Source: an uncultured Nitrososphaeraceae archaeon (GTDB lineage Archaea > Thermoproteota > Nitrososphaeria > Nitrososphaerales > Nitrososphaeraceae). From it: DNA of 64,000 nt. Within the stretch, counting starts at the first letter, position 1, and each line of letters starts with the position of its first letter. The position numbers were made by a program, and so were the translations under genes. Under the pieces are notes generated by a model. That model saw only the letters and a program-made list of their open reading frames with translations. It was not told where the DNA came from and did no database searches. The stretch spans positions 1-64,000 of the forward strand of contig CAWIMJ010000003.1 in assembly GCA_963837175.1 (NCBI GenBank), read 5' to 3'. Below are positions 46,416 to 57,147 of this stretch, piece by piece.

Positions 46416-47540
46416 CTATTGTGATCGTGCTTTGAGCCATTGACCGACTTTTGGAAGAACATTGTTTTGTGAATAACTGCTGGCTATAAGCCCTACATGA
46501 CCTGTATGGAAGCGCATTAATCTTTTGTCACTACTCGATACAGAGTCATTTAGTGGTAGACTGCATTGTGGAGATACAAGATGATCCTCTTCTGCAACTA
46601 TATTTAGAAGTGGAACCTCAATCTTTGATAGATCAATAACCTCATTTCCTAACTTCATCTCATTGTTGACGAGAAGGTTCTTTTGTTGTATGTCTTCAAT
46701 CCATTGCCTGTACGTTGCTCCTGCAATAGGAGGAGTATCGTAAATCCACTTCTCTATTCTAAGGAAGTTATGAACAAAATTCTCATTATCGATATTCTCA
46801 ACAAGGTTAAAGTATTTATTTACTCCTTGTTTAAATGGTTTTAGAATCGAAAAGGATGCATAGAGTTGGTCATAAGGTAAATTACCAATAGAATTAAACA
46901 TTTTATTAGCATCCAAATGTCTGGATAAATTACTAAGGACAGTGGTATCCTTCCCGGCATCAATTATCGGTGCGATGGTAGCTAGATTCCTAATTTTCTC
47001 TTGATGTAATGCGGTATACATCACAGACATTGTCGATCCCAAACAATAACCATGTAAAGTTACTTTGTCGACTGAATTCTTTCTTCTGACAAGGTCTACA
47101 CAATCATCTATGTACCAGTTGACGTAGTCATCAAATGAAACGAATTTGTCTACGTCGGTCGGTGCTTTCCAATCTATAAGATATACATCAAAGCCTTGGG
47201 CTAACAAATTGCGAATCCAGCTCTTATTTGGCTGCAAATCCAGGATATATGACTTATTCATTAATGCATAGACAACTACTAGTGGTGTTTTTGCGGTTTT
47301 ACTAAATAGTGGACGATAATGCAAAAGCTTGTACATTCTTGTTTCTTCTACTACCTCATGTGGGGTTTCACCGACTTTGATACCTCCCGCAGCGTGAAGT
47401 ATTGCTTTAGTTTTATTTGTTTTCCGACTAATCTCTTTGATATCTTCAATGAATGTTGATCTATTGATGGTTCTGCCATCTTTGATTAGATTATCTGGAA
47501 TATTTTTAGTTTTATCAGACACTATTGTTTCTCTTATCAT
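46416..47540 (-). CDS. phaC: Class III polyhydroxyalkanoate synthase catalytic subunit
   Basis: YILDLQP, GYCLG (catalytic Cys), EDHLV and GHVG. Confidence 0.93.
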   Translation of the reverse strand: MIRETIVSDKTKNIPDNLIKDGRTINRSTFIEDIKEISRKTNKTKAILHAAGGIKVGETPHEVVEETRMYKLLHYRPLFSKTAKTPLVVVYALMNKSYILDLQPNKSWIRNLLAQGFDVYLIDWKAPTDVDKFVSFDDYVNWYIDDCVDLVRRKNSVDKVTLHGYCLGSTMSVMYTALHQEKIRNLATIAPIIDAGKDTTVLSNLSRHLDANKMFNSIGNLPYDQLYASFSILKPFKQGVNKYFNLVENIDNENFVHNFLRIEKWIYDTPPIAGATYRQWIEDIQQKNLLVNNEMKLGNEVIDLSKIEVPLLNIVAEEDHLVSPQCSLPLNDSVSSSDKRLMRFHTGHVGLIASSYSQNNVLPKVGQWLKARSQ

Positions 47541-47982
47541 TTATTTTTAAAACTCCTGCTCCTTGCCATTTTATCGATATTCTTTTGAAAAAGTGTGCAA
47601 GGATCTACACTATACCAGTTAATTAATTCAGAGTGTACAATGGTGATCTTGACTAAGCGTAGTAAAAACCACAACAGTAGCAGTTGCTGTATTTTAACAA
47701 ACAAACAACACATTATACTTTGAAAATACGTTATATCGATGTTATTCTTATGTTTGACATTATATTCCATAATCATAGACGGTCATCCTATCCGCGACTT
47801 TATACCACAGGTTATTACAATCTATGATTACCCTGTTATTATACTTTATTAAATACAAAGAATTTATTTATGACTTTAGGTATTGTTTAAGACTAAACAT
47901 TTTATACAGGCTAATTCAACTTTTCTCCTAACCATGCTAGCAATTGTGGCATAACACACCTACTGAAATAGTTTCGCGAAGC

Positions 47983-48073
47983 GGGCTCGTAGCTCAGCAT
48001 GGATAGAGCGCCTGCCTTCTATACTCCTGAGGAAAGCCGGAAGTCGTGGGATCGAAGCCCACCGGGCCCGCCA
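47983..48073 (+). tRNA. tRNA-Arg(TCT) with a 13-nt canonical 37/38 intron (48022-48034); CCA encoded
   Basis: GGGCTCG/CGGGCCC acceptor stem; GTGGG-ATCGAAG-CCCAC T arm; CTTC:GAGG splice helix. Confidence 0.9.
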
Positions 48074-48189
48074 TTTTAACGAACTTTTAATATTCTGTTA
48101 TCTGCTATAGGATTCATGTAAATGGATCTTCCTATCGGTTTGTAAACGATTTTAAGTGGCTTTCTACGCATTCAGATTTTGTATTTGAA

Positions 48190-48847
48190 ATGGTACGTGA
48201 TAGTCAACTTAGAGAACTTGTAAAGCTGGCGCGAGATGAAGCGACCAAACGCAATTTTAATCAATCGGTTGAATTAACACTAGTACCTGAAAGAAATAGA
48301 TATAAAAAAAGGTTTTAATCTTAACGAGGTGGTAAATTTACCAAATAAGCCTGCTCGTAAAGCGAGCATTTGCGTTGTTGCTTCTGGAGAGATGGGATCA
48401 CGAGCTCGGAAAACTGAAATTGACAAGGTAATAGAACCGGACGAACTGGACAGGTTGGGGACAAATAAGAGAGAAGCACGCAAATTGGTAAAAGCGTACG
48501 ATTTTTTTGTGTCTGATACTGCATACATGGCAACGGTTGGTCGTTCATTGGGACAATTTTTGGGACCGAAAGGAAAAATGCCCACACCACTGCCCTATGG
48601 CGCACCGATAGAATCGATTGCAACTCGCTTCAGAGGTTCTGTTCGCGTAAGAGCAAAGAATCAGTTAAATGTATCTGCCAAAATTGGCGATGAAAAAATG
48701 GATGACAATCAACTTACAACAAATGCTAGTGCTGTAATCTCAGCTGTTGAGAAAAAACTTCCACAAGGAGAAAAAAATATCCGAAACGCATTGATAAAGT
48801 TTACTATGGGTAAGCCTGCTAATCTTAAGGCAGTTAAAGAGCAGTAA
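48190..48847 (+). CDS. rpl1: Ribosomal protein uL1 (one extra base at about 48287)
   Basis: KRNFNQSVEL upstream in another frame; LGPKGKMPTP. Confidence 0.93.
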
Positions 48848-48875
48848 TACCAGAGAAAGAAGGCTGAATAACTGA

Positions 48876-49766
48876 ATGGAATCTGATATTTCAAGCATAG
48901 ACAGAAAAAGCTATCCAAAAAAGAAACGTATGATGTACCAGGAGCTACAAGAACTTCCTAAAAAATATGATGTTGTTGCACTTTCAAAGATGACTAAAGT
49001 TCGGGCCACTCAGTTAATGATGATTCGAAAAAAACTAAGAAATGACATAAAAATTCTAATAATTAAGAATAAGGTTGCACAAAGAGCATTCGAAAAAGTA
49101 AAGGATGTACCTGGATTAGATAGTCTAAGCAAAGAATTAGAAGGACAGTGTGGATTAATATTTACTCAAATTAGTCCTTTTAAATTGAATCTAATCTTTG
49201 ACCAGAATAAAGTATTCTTACCAGCCAAAGGAGGAGACATTGCATCCAAGGAAATCTCAATTCCTGCAGGTAATACGGGAATTACTCCAGGGCCAGTCCT
49301 CTCCGAGTTCAAAGAGGCAAACGTTCCAACAAAGATAGATCAAGGAAGTATATGGATAAGCAGGGACACGACGATCGCTAGGCAAGGTGAGGTGATCTCA
49401 CAAAAACTTGCTTCTTTAATGAGCAAGCTTAATATTAAACCTATTGAAGCAGGTATTACTCTTAACTTTGCTATTGCAGCAGGGTTGCTATTAAGGGAAA
49501 GCGATCTAAAAATAAATTTGGAGGAATATCGTAATGAATTGTCGAGGTCATTTCAAGAAGCTCTTGCAATAGCAACAGAAACTGGATATCTTACATCAGA
49601 AACTATCATACCTTTACTCCTAACAGCACAGCAGAAAGCAGTCGCATTATCTTCTGAATCAGGGTATATCTCAAAAGACACTGTCGGAATTGTCTTTCCT
49701 AGGGCTCAGTCTAGAGCCATGACAGTGGGAAATGAAGCAAAAAAAAGGGGATACGAACCTCATTAA
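48876..49766 (+). CDS. rpl10: Ribosomal protein uL10/P0
   Basis: [12 protein letters not shown] and KLNIKP. Confidence 0.95.
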   Translation: MESDISSIDRKSYPKKKRMMYQELQELPKKYDVVALSKMTKVRATQLMMIRKKLRNDIKILIIKNKVAQRAFEKVKDVPGLDSLSKELEGQCGLIFTQISPFKLNLIFDQNKVFLPAKGGDIASKEISIPAGNTGITPGPVLSEFKEANVPTKIDQGSIWISRDTTIARQGEVISQKLASLMSKLNIKPIEAGITLNFAIAAGLLLRESDLKINLEEYRNELSRSFQEALAIATETGYLTSETIIPLLLTAQQKAVALSSESGYISKDTVGIVFPRAQSRAMTVGNEAKKRGYEPH

Positions 49767-49895
49767 TTTTTAGTAATTTAAAAAATATACTTTTGAAACA
49801 TTGGATATTTCTGATTTTTTCGGAATATTTTGTTTTGATAATAATTACTGATGAGTATAACCCACATGAATTTAACAAACGAAGCAGTGAAAGAT

Positions 49896-50214
49896 TTATC
49901 CAAAAAGCGATGAGAGTCCTTCCAGTGCCTCTTCTTCCTTCTTCTCCTCCTTCTTCTCCTCCTCTCCTTGTGCTGCACCGGCTGCCGACGGTGTTGAGGC
50001 TGTAGACGATGCGGCTCCTACAGCGAGCTACTGATGCAACTGGTGCTCCCTTTAGGGCCTCTTCAATATTTACCTCACTTAAAGCTGCGACCAGAGCCTT
50101 TACCCTAACATCATCAGGTGTAACTCCAGTGGCTTTTATAATATTCGCAATATTATCTTCTGTTATATTTTGCTTTAACTTATGCAACAGTAAAGCAGCA
50201 TATACGTATTCCAT
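49896..50214 (-). CDS. rpl12: Ribosomal stalk protein P1/L12 (one extra base at 50025)
   Basis: [11 protein letters not shown]; corrected C-terminus [13 protein letters not shown]. Confidence 0.94.
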
Positions 50215-50262
50215 GCTCAAAAGATTCTCTATTAATTACCATAATATAAAACTTTCAAACAT

Positions 50263-50766
50263 CTATAGTACTTTAGTACTTCTTGCTACAGCATAAAGAT
50301 GATCCTTCAAATCCTTTTCATATAACGAGTTCATTTTATCCAAAAGTATAGTTCGTGCTTGCAATCGCTCCTGTTCCGTATTTGCTCTTAGTACATCTGC
50401 AAACATGTCTGGAAGATTTTCTCTTATCCATCCATCCAGAACAAAGAAACGTTTTTCGTTTATCCATATTATCTTGCTTGTCTGCTGGTCAACTTCTTGA
50501 TTAAACCTACCTGTTTCAACTCTGTCTATTAGCATAAATATGCAATTATTAGGATCAGGGTTAGTGAGAACTTCTTTCGGTCTGTCTCCCGCGTGCCCTC
50601 TTTTGACGTGTTCAATTAAGCCTATGGGACGAATGTATGAGCCCCTTATTTGAATTCTGTTTCCGTTTATAGCTTGGACAATGCCGATGATGAGTTTATT
50701 ATAATTCTGGTCTGCCTGTACCACAAAAACATATTCGCCTGGCTTTATTCTACCTCTGCCAAACAT
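50263..50766 (-). CDS. Hypothetical protein
   Basis: 167-aa ORF upstream of rpl12 with an SH3/KOW-like N-terminus. Confidence 0.75.
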   Translation of the reverse strand: MFGRGRIKPGEYVFVVQADQNYNKLIIGIVQAINGNRIQIRGSYIRPIGLIEHVKRGHAGDRPKEVLTNPDPNNCIFMLIDRVETGRFNQEVDQQTSKIIWINEKRFFVLDGWIRENLPDMFADVLRANTEQERLQARTILLDKMNSLYEKDLKDHLYAVARSTKVL

Positions 50767-50971
50767 CTGTTCATAATCGTGTTTAAATTATATAATATTT
50801 GCTATTTCTATTATATTTATGAGCGCCTGCCTGCCGTTGAAGTAAAATTAATACGAAATTAAACTAGAGTCAGCTACAAATGGCGTAAGTGTTCAGATAT
50901 TTTGCTTAATTAAAGATAAATTCAAAATTACATTTATTAATCTATGCTACCAACTCTAAATAGGATAAAAT

Positions 50972-51442
50972 TTGCAAAGATTCGATGAATTGGATATGAG
51001 GATATTATCTGAACTTACTAAAGATGCAAGTATTTCAGTACCGCAGTTGAGTAAAAAATTGAATGTAAATGCGTCTGTTCTTTATAGCAGAATAAAGCGT
51101 CTTGGAAAACGAAGTCTCATAAAGAAATTTACGGTTATAATCAACGAGGGCATGCTCGGAATTAATGTGAAGGCGACTGTAGGTATTAATAGAGATCCTA
51201 AACTAAAAGAGCCAATTCATTCGGAATTATTAAGGATACCAGAAGTTAGATCATTGTCGGAGGTAACTGGCAGATTCGATATGATTGTTAACGTAAATGC
51301 ACGAACCCTGGAGGAGCTTCACAATATAGTAATCGAGAGAATTGGCAAAATTGAAGGAATTCAGAATACCGAAACATTTGTTGAAATGCAAAGAACAGAG
51401 AAGGAGCCAGTTTATGCGGTTCAGCCTACGTTATCTAGATAA
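50972..51442 (+). CDS. Lrp/AsnC transcriptional regulator
   Basis: DELDMRIL HTH and EVTGRFDM. Confidence 0.92.
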   Translation: MQRFDELDMRILSELTKDASISVPQLSKKLNVNASVLYSRIKRLGKRSLIKKFTVIINEGMLGINVKATVGINRDPKLKEPIHSELLRIPEVRSLSEVTGRFDMIVNVNARTLEELHNIVIERIGKIEGIQNTETFVEMQRTEKEPVYAVQPTLSR

Positions 51443-51678
51443 AGAATAACTAACCCTTGCTTTTTAATGATATAGTATAAAAATGATTTATATTCTGTCG
51501 AATAAATCTAGTGAGTATAATATATCTTCAATATACCATCTAAATATGATAGTTTTGCACTTTTATTATTATAAAGTTTAATTATGCTATCGTAACAATG
51601 CAATATTACCACTATTGCATAGTATAATTATAACGACTTTGAGTCAGTAAGTTCAAATAATGCATCCAAGAATTTGAA

Positions 51679-51876
51679 GTGAATCTTTTGGCATTTGTGC
51701 AGCGAAAAGTCATAGAAATGATTCAGACGATGAAATTGGCTAAGAAGACGAGCAAAGATGATTATCTTACACACCTTCGTTTAGTACTTCTGGGTATGGC
51801 AGTTGTAGGGGGAGTAGCCTTTGCAATCAAGCTAATTGCAGAATTTATAACTTCAACTGGTGGTGGAAGAACGTAA
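51679..51876 (+). CDS. secE: SecE/Sec61-gamma
   Basis: MKLAKKTSKDDY followed by a TM helix. Confidence 0.8.
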   Translation: MNLLAFVQRKVIEMIQTMKLAKKTSKDDYLTHLRLVLLGMAVVGGVAFAIKLIAEFITSTGGGRT

Positions 51877-52486
51877 AAGTCAAGCTCACATAATCTGAGA
51901 TCTCATTGATTAGAATTTTCAAATAATATTCTTTACCCGTCTTTCTGAAAATCATCTTTTATAGACTTTTACTTCAAACGCTTATTTTTAATGTTTAAAA
52001 TATTACCGTAGATAATTTTTTGCTTGCCTATTATGGGTTTCTATTTTATATAATATGGTAACTATCAATTATACTAACTAACAAAGTTCGTTTACAGATT
52101 TTTCTTAATATGTAAGGTTTACTATGCTTAAAAAATCCTTTACTTGGTTTTAAAGGATATACGAAATTATGTTAGGCAGTATAGATGAATACCATTATTC
52201 AAATATCGCTGTGATACTTTATGAGAACGATATAAATGAGTCTTATTATTGATTATACATATATTATTGAAAATCGCATTATTGACCAGTAGTTATTATT
52301 AACCGAAGCAGTTATTCAATAGGAATAATAATTATTTATCACAATCAAAATACATTTAAAATTAGAATAATCATTGTATAAATGCATATTTAATTACTTT
52401 CAATTTGTTAATATGATCATGATATAGATACACATTTCTAGAACCATAATCGTTCGAAGTATTTTAATCACCCTGCGGTATAGTGA

Positions 52487-53542
52487 ATGTCCATATTGGT
52501 AAAAAAATCAAAAAAAAAATATTCTATCGCTACTCTCGGATCTCATTGTTCACTCCAAATATTAAAAGGTGCGAAGGATGAGGGCTTCAATACATTGCTA
52601 ATATGTGAGAAAAGACGCCTTGGCCTTTATAAAAGATTTAACTTCATAGACGATATGATAGTAGTTGACAAATTTAATGAAATCTCAGATGAAGTCTGTC
52701 AACAACATCTCAGAAAAACTAATTCTATCATTATTCCGCATGGAACTATGGTTGCTTATATGAGCAGAGAAGAGATTGAAAAGATTAGTACACCATTTTT
52801 TGGAAACAAATGGATCATAAGATGGGAAGCAGATAGAAAGCTAAAACAAAAACTAATGGATGCCGCACAATTAACTACACCCAATTATATAGTCTCAAAA
52901 GAGAATATTAAAAGCCTTTGTATTATCAAACTTCATGGAGCAGCCGGCGGTCGTGGCTATTTCTTAGCCTGGAATAGGCCAAGTTTCGAAGAAGGTGCAA
53001 AGAAATTGATAGAACAGGGAGTTATTAAGAGTGAAGATGATCTATACATACAGGAATACGTAAAGGGTGTTCCCACTTATCTGCAATTTTTTTATTCCCC
53101 AGTTACAAATGTCCTTGAATTTATGGGTGTTGACAGAAGATATGAGTCGGATGTTGATGGTATGGGTAGAATACCGGCTAAACAACAACTAGGTATAGAA
53201 ATACAACCATCATATAATGTGGTAGGGAATATTCCACTTGTCCTAAGAGAATCGCTGTTAGAGGAAGTTTATTCCATGGGAGAAAGATTTGTCGAAACAG
53301 CACGGCGTCTTGTTCCACCAGGAATGACAGGCCCATTTTGTATTGAGGGTGTATACGACAAAGAAGGAAAATTTACCACATTTGAGTTTTCAGCTAGGAT
53401 CGTTGCAGGAACAAATCTATATCTTGATGGTTCGCCCTATTCCGGATTAATATTTGACAAACCCATGAGCATGGGCAGGAGAATAGCTCATGAAATCAAG
53501 ATAGCAAGCAAGCAAGGACGGATCAGTGACATTTTAACATAG
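52487..53542 (+). CDS. purP: AICAR formyltransferase / FAICAR synthetase (PurP)
   Basis: TLGSHCSLQILKGAKDEG, GGRGYF and FEFSARIVAG. Confidence 0.92.
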   Translation: MSILVKKSKKKYSIATLGSHCSLQILKGAKDEGFNTLLICEKRRLGLYKRFNFIDDMIVVDKFNEISDEVCQQHLRKTNSIIIPHGTMVAYMSREEIEKISTPFFGNKWIIRWEADRKLKQKLMDAAQLTTPNYIVSKENIKSLCIIKLHGAAGGRGYFLAWNRPSFEEGAKKLIEQGVIKSEDDLYIQEYVKGVPTYLQFFYSPVTNVLEFMGVDRRYESDVDGMGRIPAKQQLGIEIQPSYNVVGNIPLVLRESLLEEVYSMGERFVETARRLVPPGMTGPFCIEGVYDKEGKFTTFEFSARIVAGTNLYLDGSPYSGLIFDKPMSMGRRIAHEIKIASKQGRISDILT

Positions 53543-53705
53543 TACTTAACTAAATTCTCATTATTAAAAAGCAGAATTACCACCACGCTGATGAAAGTGT
53601 AGATTAGTTATTATGGATATATGTATTACAAGCAGAAGATAGTTGGCCTTCTTTTCTTCGTTTCTATCATCAATTTTTTAAAGTAGATAAAGTAAGTTAG
53701 CAACG

Positions 53706-54560
53706 ATGCTTTACGAAGTTTATCTGGATGCTATTAGAAATAGAGAACAAAGATTATCCAAGTTCAAGGATAATAGCCAAGATAGGATTTTGTCTGAGGC
53801 ATCATCTCGATGGATAAAATATCATCCCTCATCTAGAATAGGCATTTCAGTTGGAGTAGACAGCAGTTGGAATAAACGATCTTTTCAAGGATTCGATCTT
53901 TATGTGGTGGATGCCATTGCTGTCACAAGTGATAACACAATCCTAGAACGAAGATGGAATGACGATATAGGAATGACTAATGAAGAACAGCTAAAGTATA
54001 AAGCAATGTCAATGGAGGCTATGGTCGCAGATCATTCGGCAGATTTGGCAGATATAGTTTCTGTCGACGGTTCATTGATCTCAAGATTTGTTAAATATAG
54101 AAGAGAAATAATTTTTGAAATAATTAATATTATCAAGAACCATGATAATATAATATTTATTTCAAAAACTTCAGATAGTACGACACAATTCTATTCTTTT
54201 AAATCAATAGCAGCTGATATTTACTATTATAACCATATCGGGCAATGTCCTGGATTTAGTATTCCTATTGAAAATCAAGACTATAGCAATTATACTTCCG
54301 TCATTGAGATATATGCAAGATTGAAAGAATGCACACCAATAATTAAGATTGAAATACCTCAAAAAAAGAGAAGTGATGTCAAGGAAGAAGAAATTAAAGA
54401 ACTTTTGAATATACTTTCATATCATAGTGTAGCTGGGTACCCATATTGTCTAAAACTTGCTCATGAAAATTGCAAAATCAACAGTGAAGATATAGCGAGA
54501 TTGTCGAGTATTTATGGATTAACACAGGAGAGTCAAACGAGAGATGCTTTGAATGAGTAA
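53706..54560 (+). CDS. nurA: NurA nuclease
   Basis: GVDSS, VDGS, ISK and GYPYCLKLAH. Confidence 0.9.
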   Translation: MLYEVYLDAIRNREQRLSKFKDNSQDRILSEASSRWIKYHPSSRIGISVGVDSSWNKRSFQGFDLYVVDAIAVTSDNTILERRWNDDIGMTNEEQLKYKAMSMEAMVADHSADLADIVSVDGSLISRFVKYRREIIFEIINIIKNHDNIIFISKTSDSTTQFYSFKSIAADIYYYNHIGQCPGFSIPIENQDYSNYTSVIEIYARLKECTPIIKIEIPQKKRSDVKEEEIKELLNILSYHSVAGYPYCLKLAHENCKINSEDIARLSSIYGLTQESQTRDALNE

Positions 54561-56133
54561 AACTAATGGGTTTCCACAGATAGGTATTGTCATCGGACAA
54601 ACTAAAACGGACAAGCTTACTTTCGAAGCTAGTCGCCCCATAAGTATTGGAGAATATGTTATTATGCTAAATTCTGAACACAAAAAAGTGTTGGGTGTTG
54701 TTGAATCTTCTTCTGTTAAAAGTGAGGCCCTGAGCGATGATATTGCCAACTTTGAAGAAGCACTTGAAAGCAAACAAGTTGCTGACGAAAATCGACGTGA
54801 TAAGAGCTATAAAGCGAATGTCAAAATCCTTGGTTTTCTAGACGAACTGCAAAAAAGCAAAGCTATACTCCCAGATATCCCTCCATTACCTGGTACAGAA
54901 GTTTTTGAGGCACGCCCAGACGAACTAAATAATATATTTAATCCAATCAAAAACGAATGGCTAAAAATTGGTACGTTACTGAGACAGAAGAAAGTAGATG
55001 TTAAAATAAATATTAACAAGGTAGCTACAAGACATCTCGGAATCCTTGCTATGACGGGGATGGGAAAAAGTAATCTCGTTACCTTGATTGCTAAATCAAT
55101 TTCAGAAATTCCAGGAACAATGATTATTTTCGATTATCATGATGATTATAAAGGCCTTAACATAAGCAATGTGAATTTTGTACCTGCACAGATAAATCCC
55201 AGGCTTTTATCCATAGACGAATTTGCAGAAGTTATAGAAATTAGAGATATGGCCGATCTTCAAAAAACTGTTTTGTCAAAAGCTTTTGACGACGAATTAA
55301 AGAAGAAAACGGAAGATGACTTTTGGCAGACCCTAGAGGGAAATATTGAAAGTATTGGAAATACGGAAAAGCGTAATAAATCATCTGTTGAGAGGGTGAA
55401 GGATAAGATAAGAGAGGCGCGTAGAAAACTTAGAAATATTCTGCAAGTAAATACCTCCAATCCGCTAGCGATGATAAAAGAAGGAAAAGTGAATGTCGTC
55501 AGTTTACTAGAATTCAATGAAAAGCAAGCGAATGTTGCTATCGCTTTTTACTTAAAGTCACTTCTTGCCGATCGCAAAAATGCGAAAGATCAAATGAATA
55601 ATAAGGTCACTAATAATAACAATAAGAATGTATGCGGTAATAATGACTTTGTTTACTTTAGAAACCCCATAATAGTGGTGATTGAAGAAGCACACGTATT
55701 TATTCCTAAACAAGAATATAGTGATGCAAAATATTTTGCTGCAAAGGTTGCAAGAGAAGGTAGGAAATTTGGTATGGGATTAATAGTAGTTACCCAGCGT
55801 CCTCGTTCAGTCGATCCAAATGTGCTCAGTCAAATGGGATCATTAGCTATAATGAAAATAATTCAGCAAGAAGATCAGTCACAGATTTCTTCTGCAAGCG
55901 AGTCATTAAACACCGAACTTATAGAACATCTTCCTTCCCTTAATCCTGGGGATTCTCTTTTAATAGGGCAGTGGGTCAATTTGCCATCATTTGTTAGAAT
56001 AGATGAAGTAAAGGATCGCATAATGGGAGCAGATCCAGATCCAGTTAAAGAATGGAAACATGGTCAAGCTCAGAATGAAATGGCTCAAGAATCGACACAG
56101 TCATATATAAGAAAAGGTTATGTTTATGATTAA
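54553..56133 (+). CDS. herA: HerA helicase/translocase
   Basis: HAS barrel; AMTGMGKS, IEEAH, AREGRKFG and TQRP. Confidence 0.92.
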   Translation: MSKTNGFPQIGIVIGQTKTDKLTFEASRPISIGEYVIMLNSEHKKVLGVVESSSVKSEALSDDIANFEEALESKQVADENRRDKSYKANVKILGFLDELQKSKAILPDIPPLPGTEVFEARPDELNNIFNPIKNEWLKIGTLLRQKKVDVKININKVATRHLGILAMTGMGKSNLVTLIAKSISEIPGTMIIFDYHDDYKGLNISNVNFVPAQINPRLLSIDEFAEVIEIRDMADLQKTVLSKAFDDELKKKTEDDFWQTLEGNIESIGNTEKRNKSSVERVKDKIREARRKLRNILQVNTSNPLAMIKEGKVNVVSLLEFNEKQANVAIAFYLKSLLADRKNAKDQMNNKVTNNNNKNVCGNNDFVYFRNPIIVVIEEAHVFIPKQEYSDAKYFAAKVAREGRKFGMGLIVVTQRPRSVDPNVLSQMGSLAIMKIIQQEDQSQISSASESLNTELIEHLPSLNPGDSLLIGQWVNLPSFVRIDEVKDRIMGADPDPVKEWKHGQAQNEMAQESTQSYIRKGYVYD

Positions 56134-56890
56134 AATCCGAGAAATCATGAGTGTATAGAATGACATTACACCGCTAATGCTTCAATTGCTTATATTCATC
56201 TTGCTTGTCTTGTTCTATGTATTAGTACTTTCTAGGGCTGCCCAGTTGCGCACTGTCCATCAACGTTTTAAGAATTTTATATCCTATTGGATAATAATTG
56301 TTGCGCCTACTTCTTTCTTTACTTTCCATATGATATGAGATTAGTATTTCTGTCGCCAATTCGATACTGCTTTAGCAAATTTCGTTTCATTTTCATAATG
56401 TGAAGAAAGGTCAAATATGTACTTCTGAGTTTTTTGCCATATTTTCGTATGCTTATCAACGAGATGCTCTACTTATAGGATTATATTAACATCTTTTTGA
56501 TATTACGATCTGATTGATACTGTCATCTCTCGTACTCATCACTATATTATTGTGCTTATAGAAAGTTGATACTGCATCACAAAATGGCAATAGATGTATT
56601 CCTTACTAATAACATCAAATAGAAGCTTTGCTTCATTTCTAAACTCTTTTAATAGGAAATTTGCCTCTGACTTACTATCGCCTACATGCATTCCAATTTG
56701 CTATAACTTAATTCCTGTACTATTTCAGAGTATCTTGTCAGTTACTGTTGTTTTTCACAATTCATTGTCCTATGTATTTCCTTTTTGTGTTGATAGACAA
56801 GTAAAAAGAATGACAAACTGTTGTAATTTAACATATAAAAATAATTCAAAGATTAGTAAAGCTCTTAAGGATTCTTTAACTATGTGACAT

Positions 56891-57049
56891 ATGATCATGC
56901 TTAAGGACATAGTAAATGGTAATGTTGTCGGATCTGGATCTGACTATATAGTAATACAAAAGAATAAGAAACGATTTCTTATCGAGATGAAGATTATCAA
57001 AATACAAGAGCTAAAGAATGCTACTACCCCTTATGGTTCACAGCCCTGA
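56891..57049 (+). CDS. Possible small protein (52 aa)
   Basis: MIMLKDIVNGNVVGSGSDYIVIQKNKKRFLIEMKII...; open frame only. Confidence 0.4.
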   Translation: MIMLKDIVNGNVVGSGSDYIVIQKNKKRFLIEMKIIKIQELKNATTPYGSQP

Positions 57050-57086
57050 TAAAGTCATTATAATCTATCTAGTCAATAAATTTGGC

Positions 57087-57123
57087 GTAAAAAGTTAAAT
57101 TCAATCTTGTAAAAAGTTAAATT
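57087..57123 (+). promoter_or_regulatory. Duplicated BRE/TATA-like 15-mer upstream of top6B
   Basis: GTAAAAAGTTAAATT at 57087 and 57109. Confidence 0.5.
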
Positions 57124-57147
57124 GAGTTACCAAACTAATTTTATCAT

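Noticed and set aside
47537-47776. 79-aa ORF overlapping the phaC start as a possible phaE
   Set aside because: Too short and no PhaE-like sequence; probably spurious
49711-49895. Long C-terminal extension of rpl12 in the ORF track
   Set aside because: Frameshift artefact; the corrected stop is at 49896
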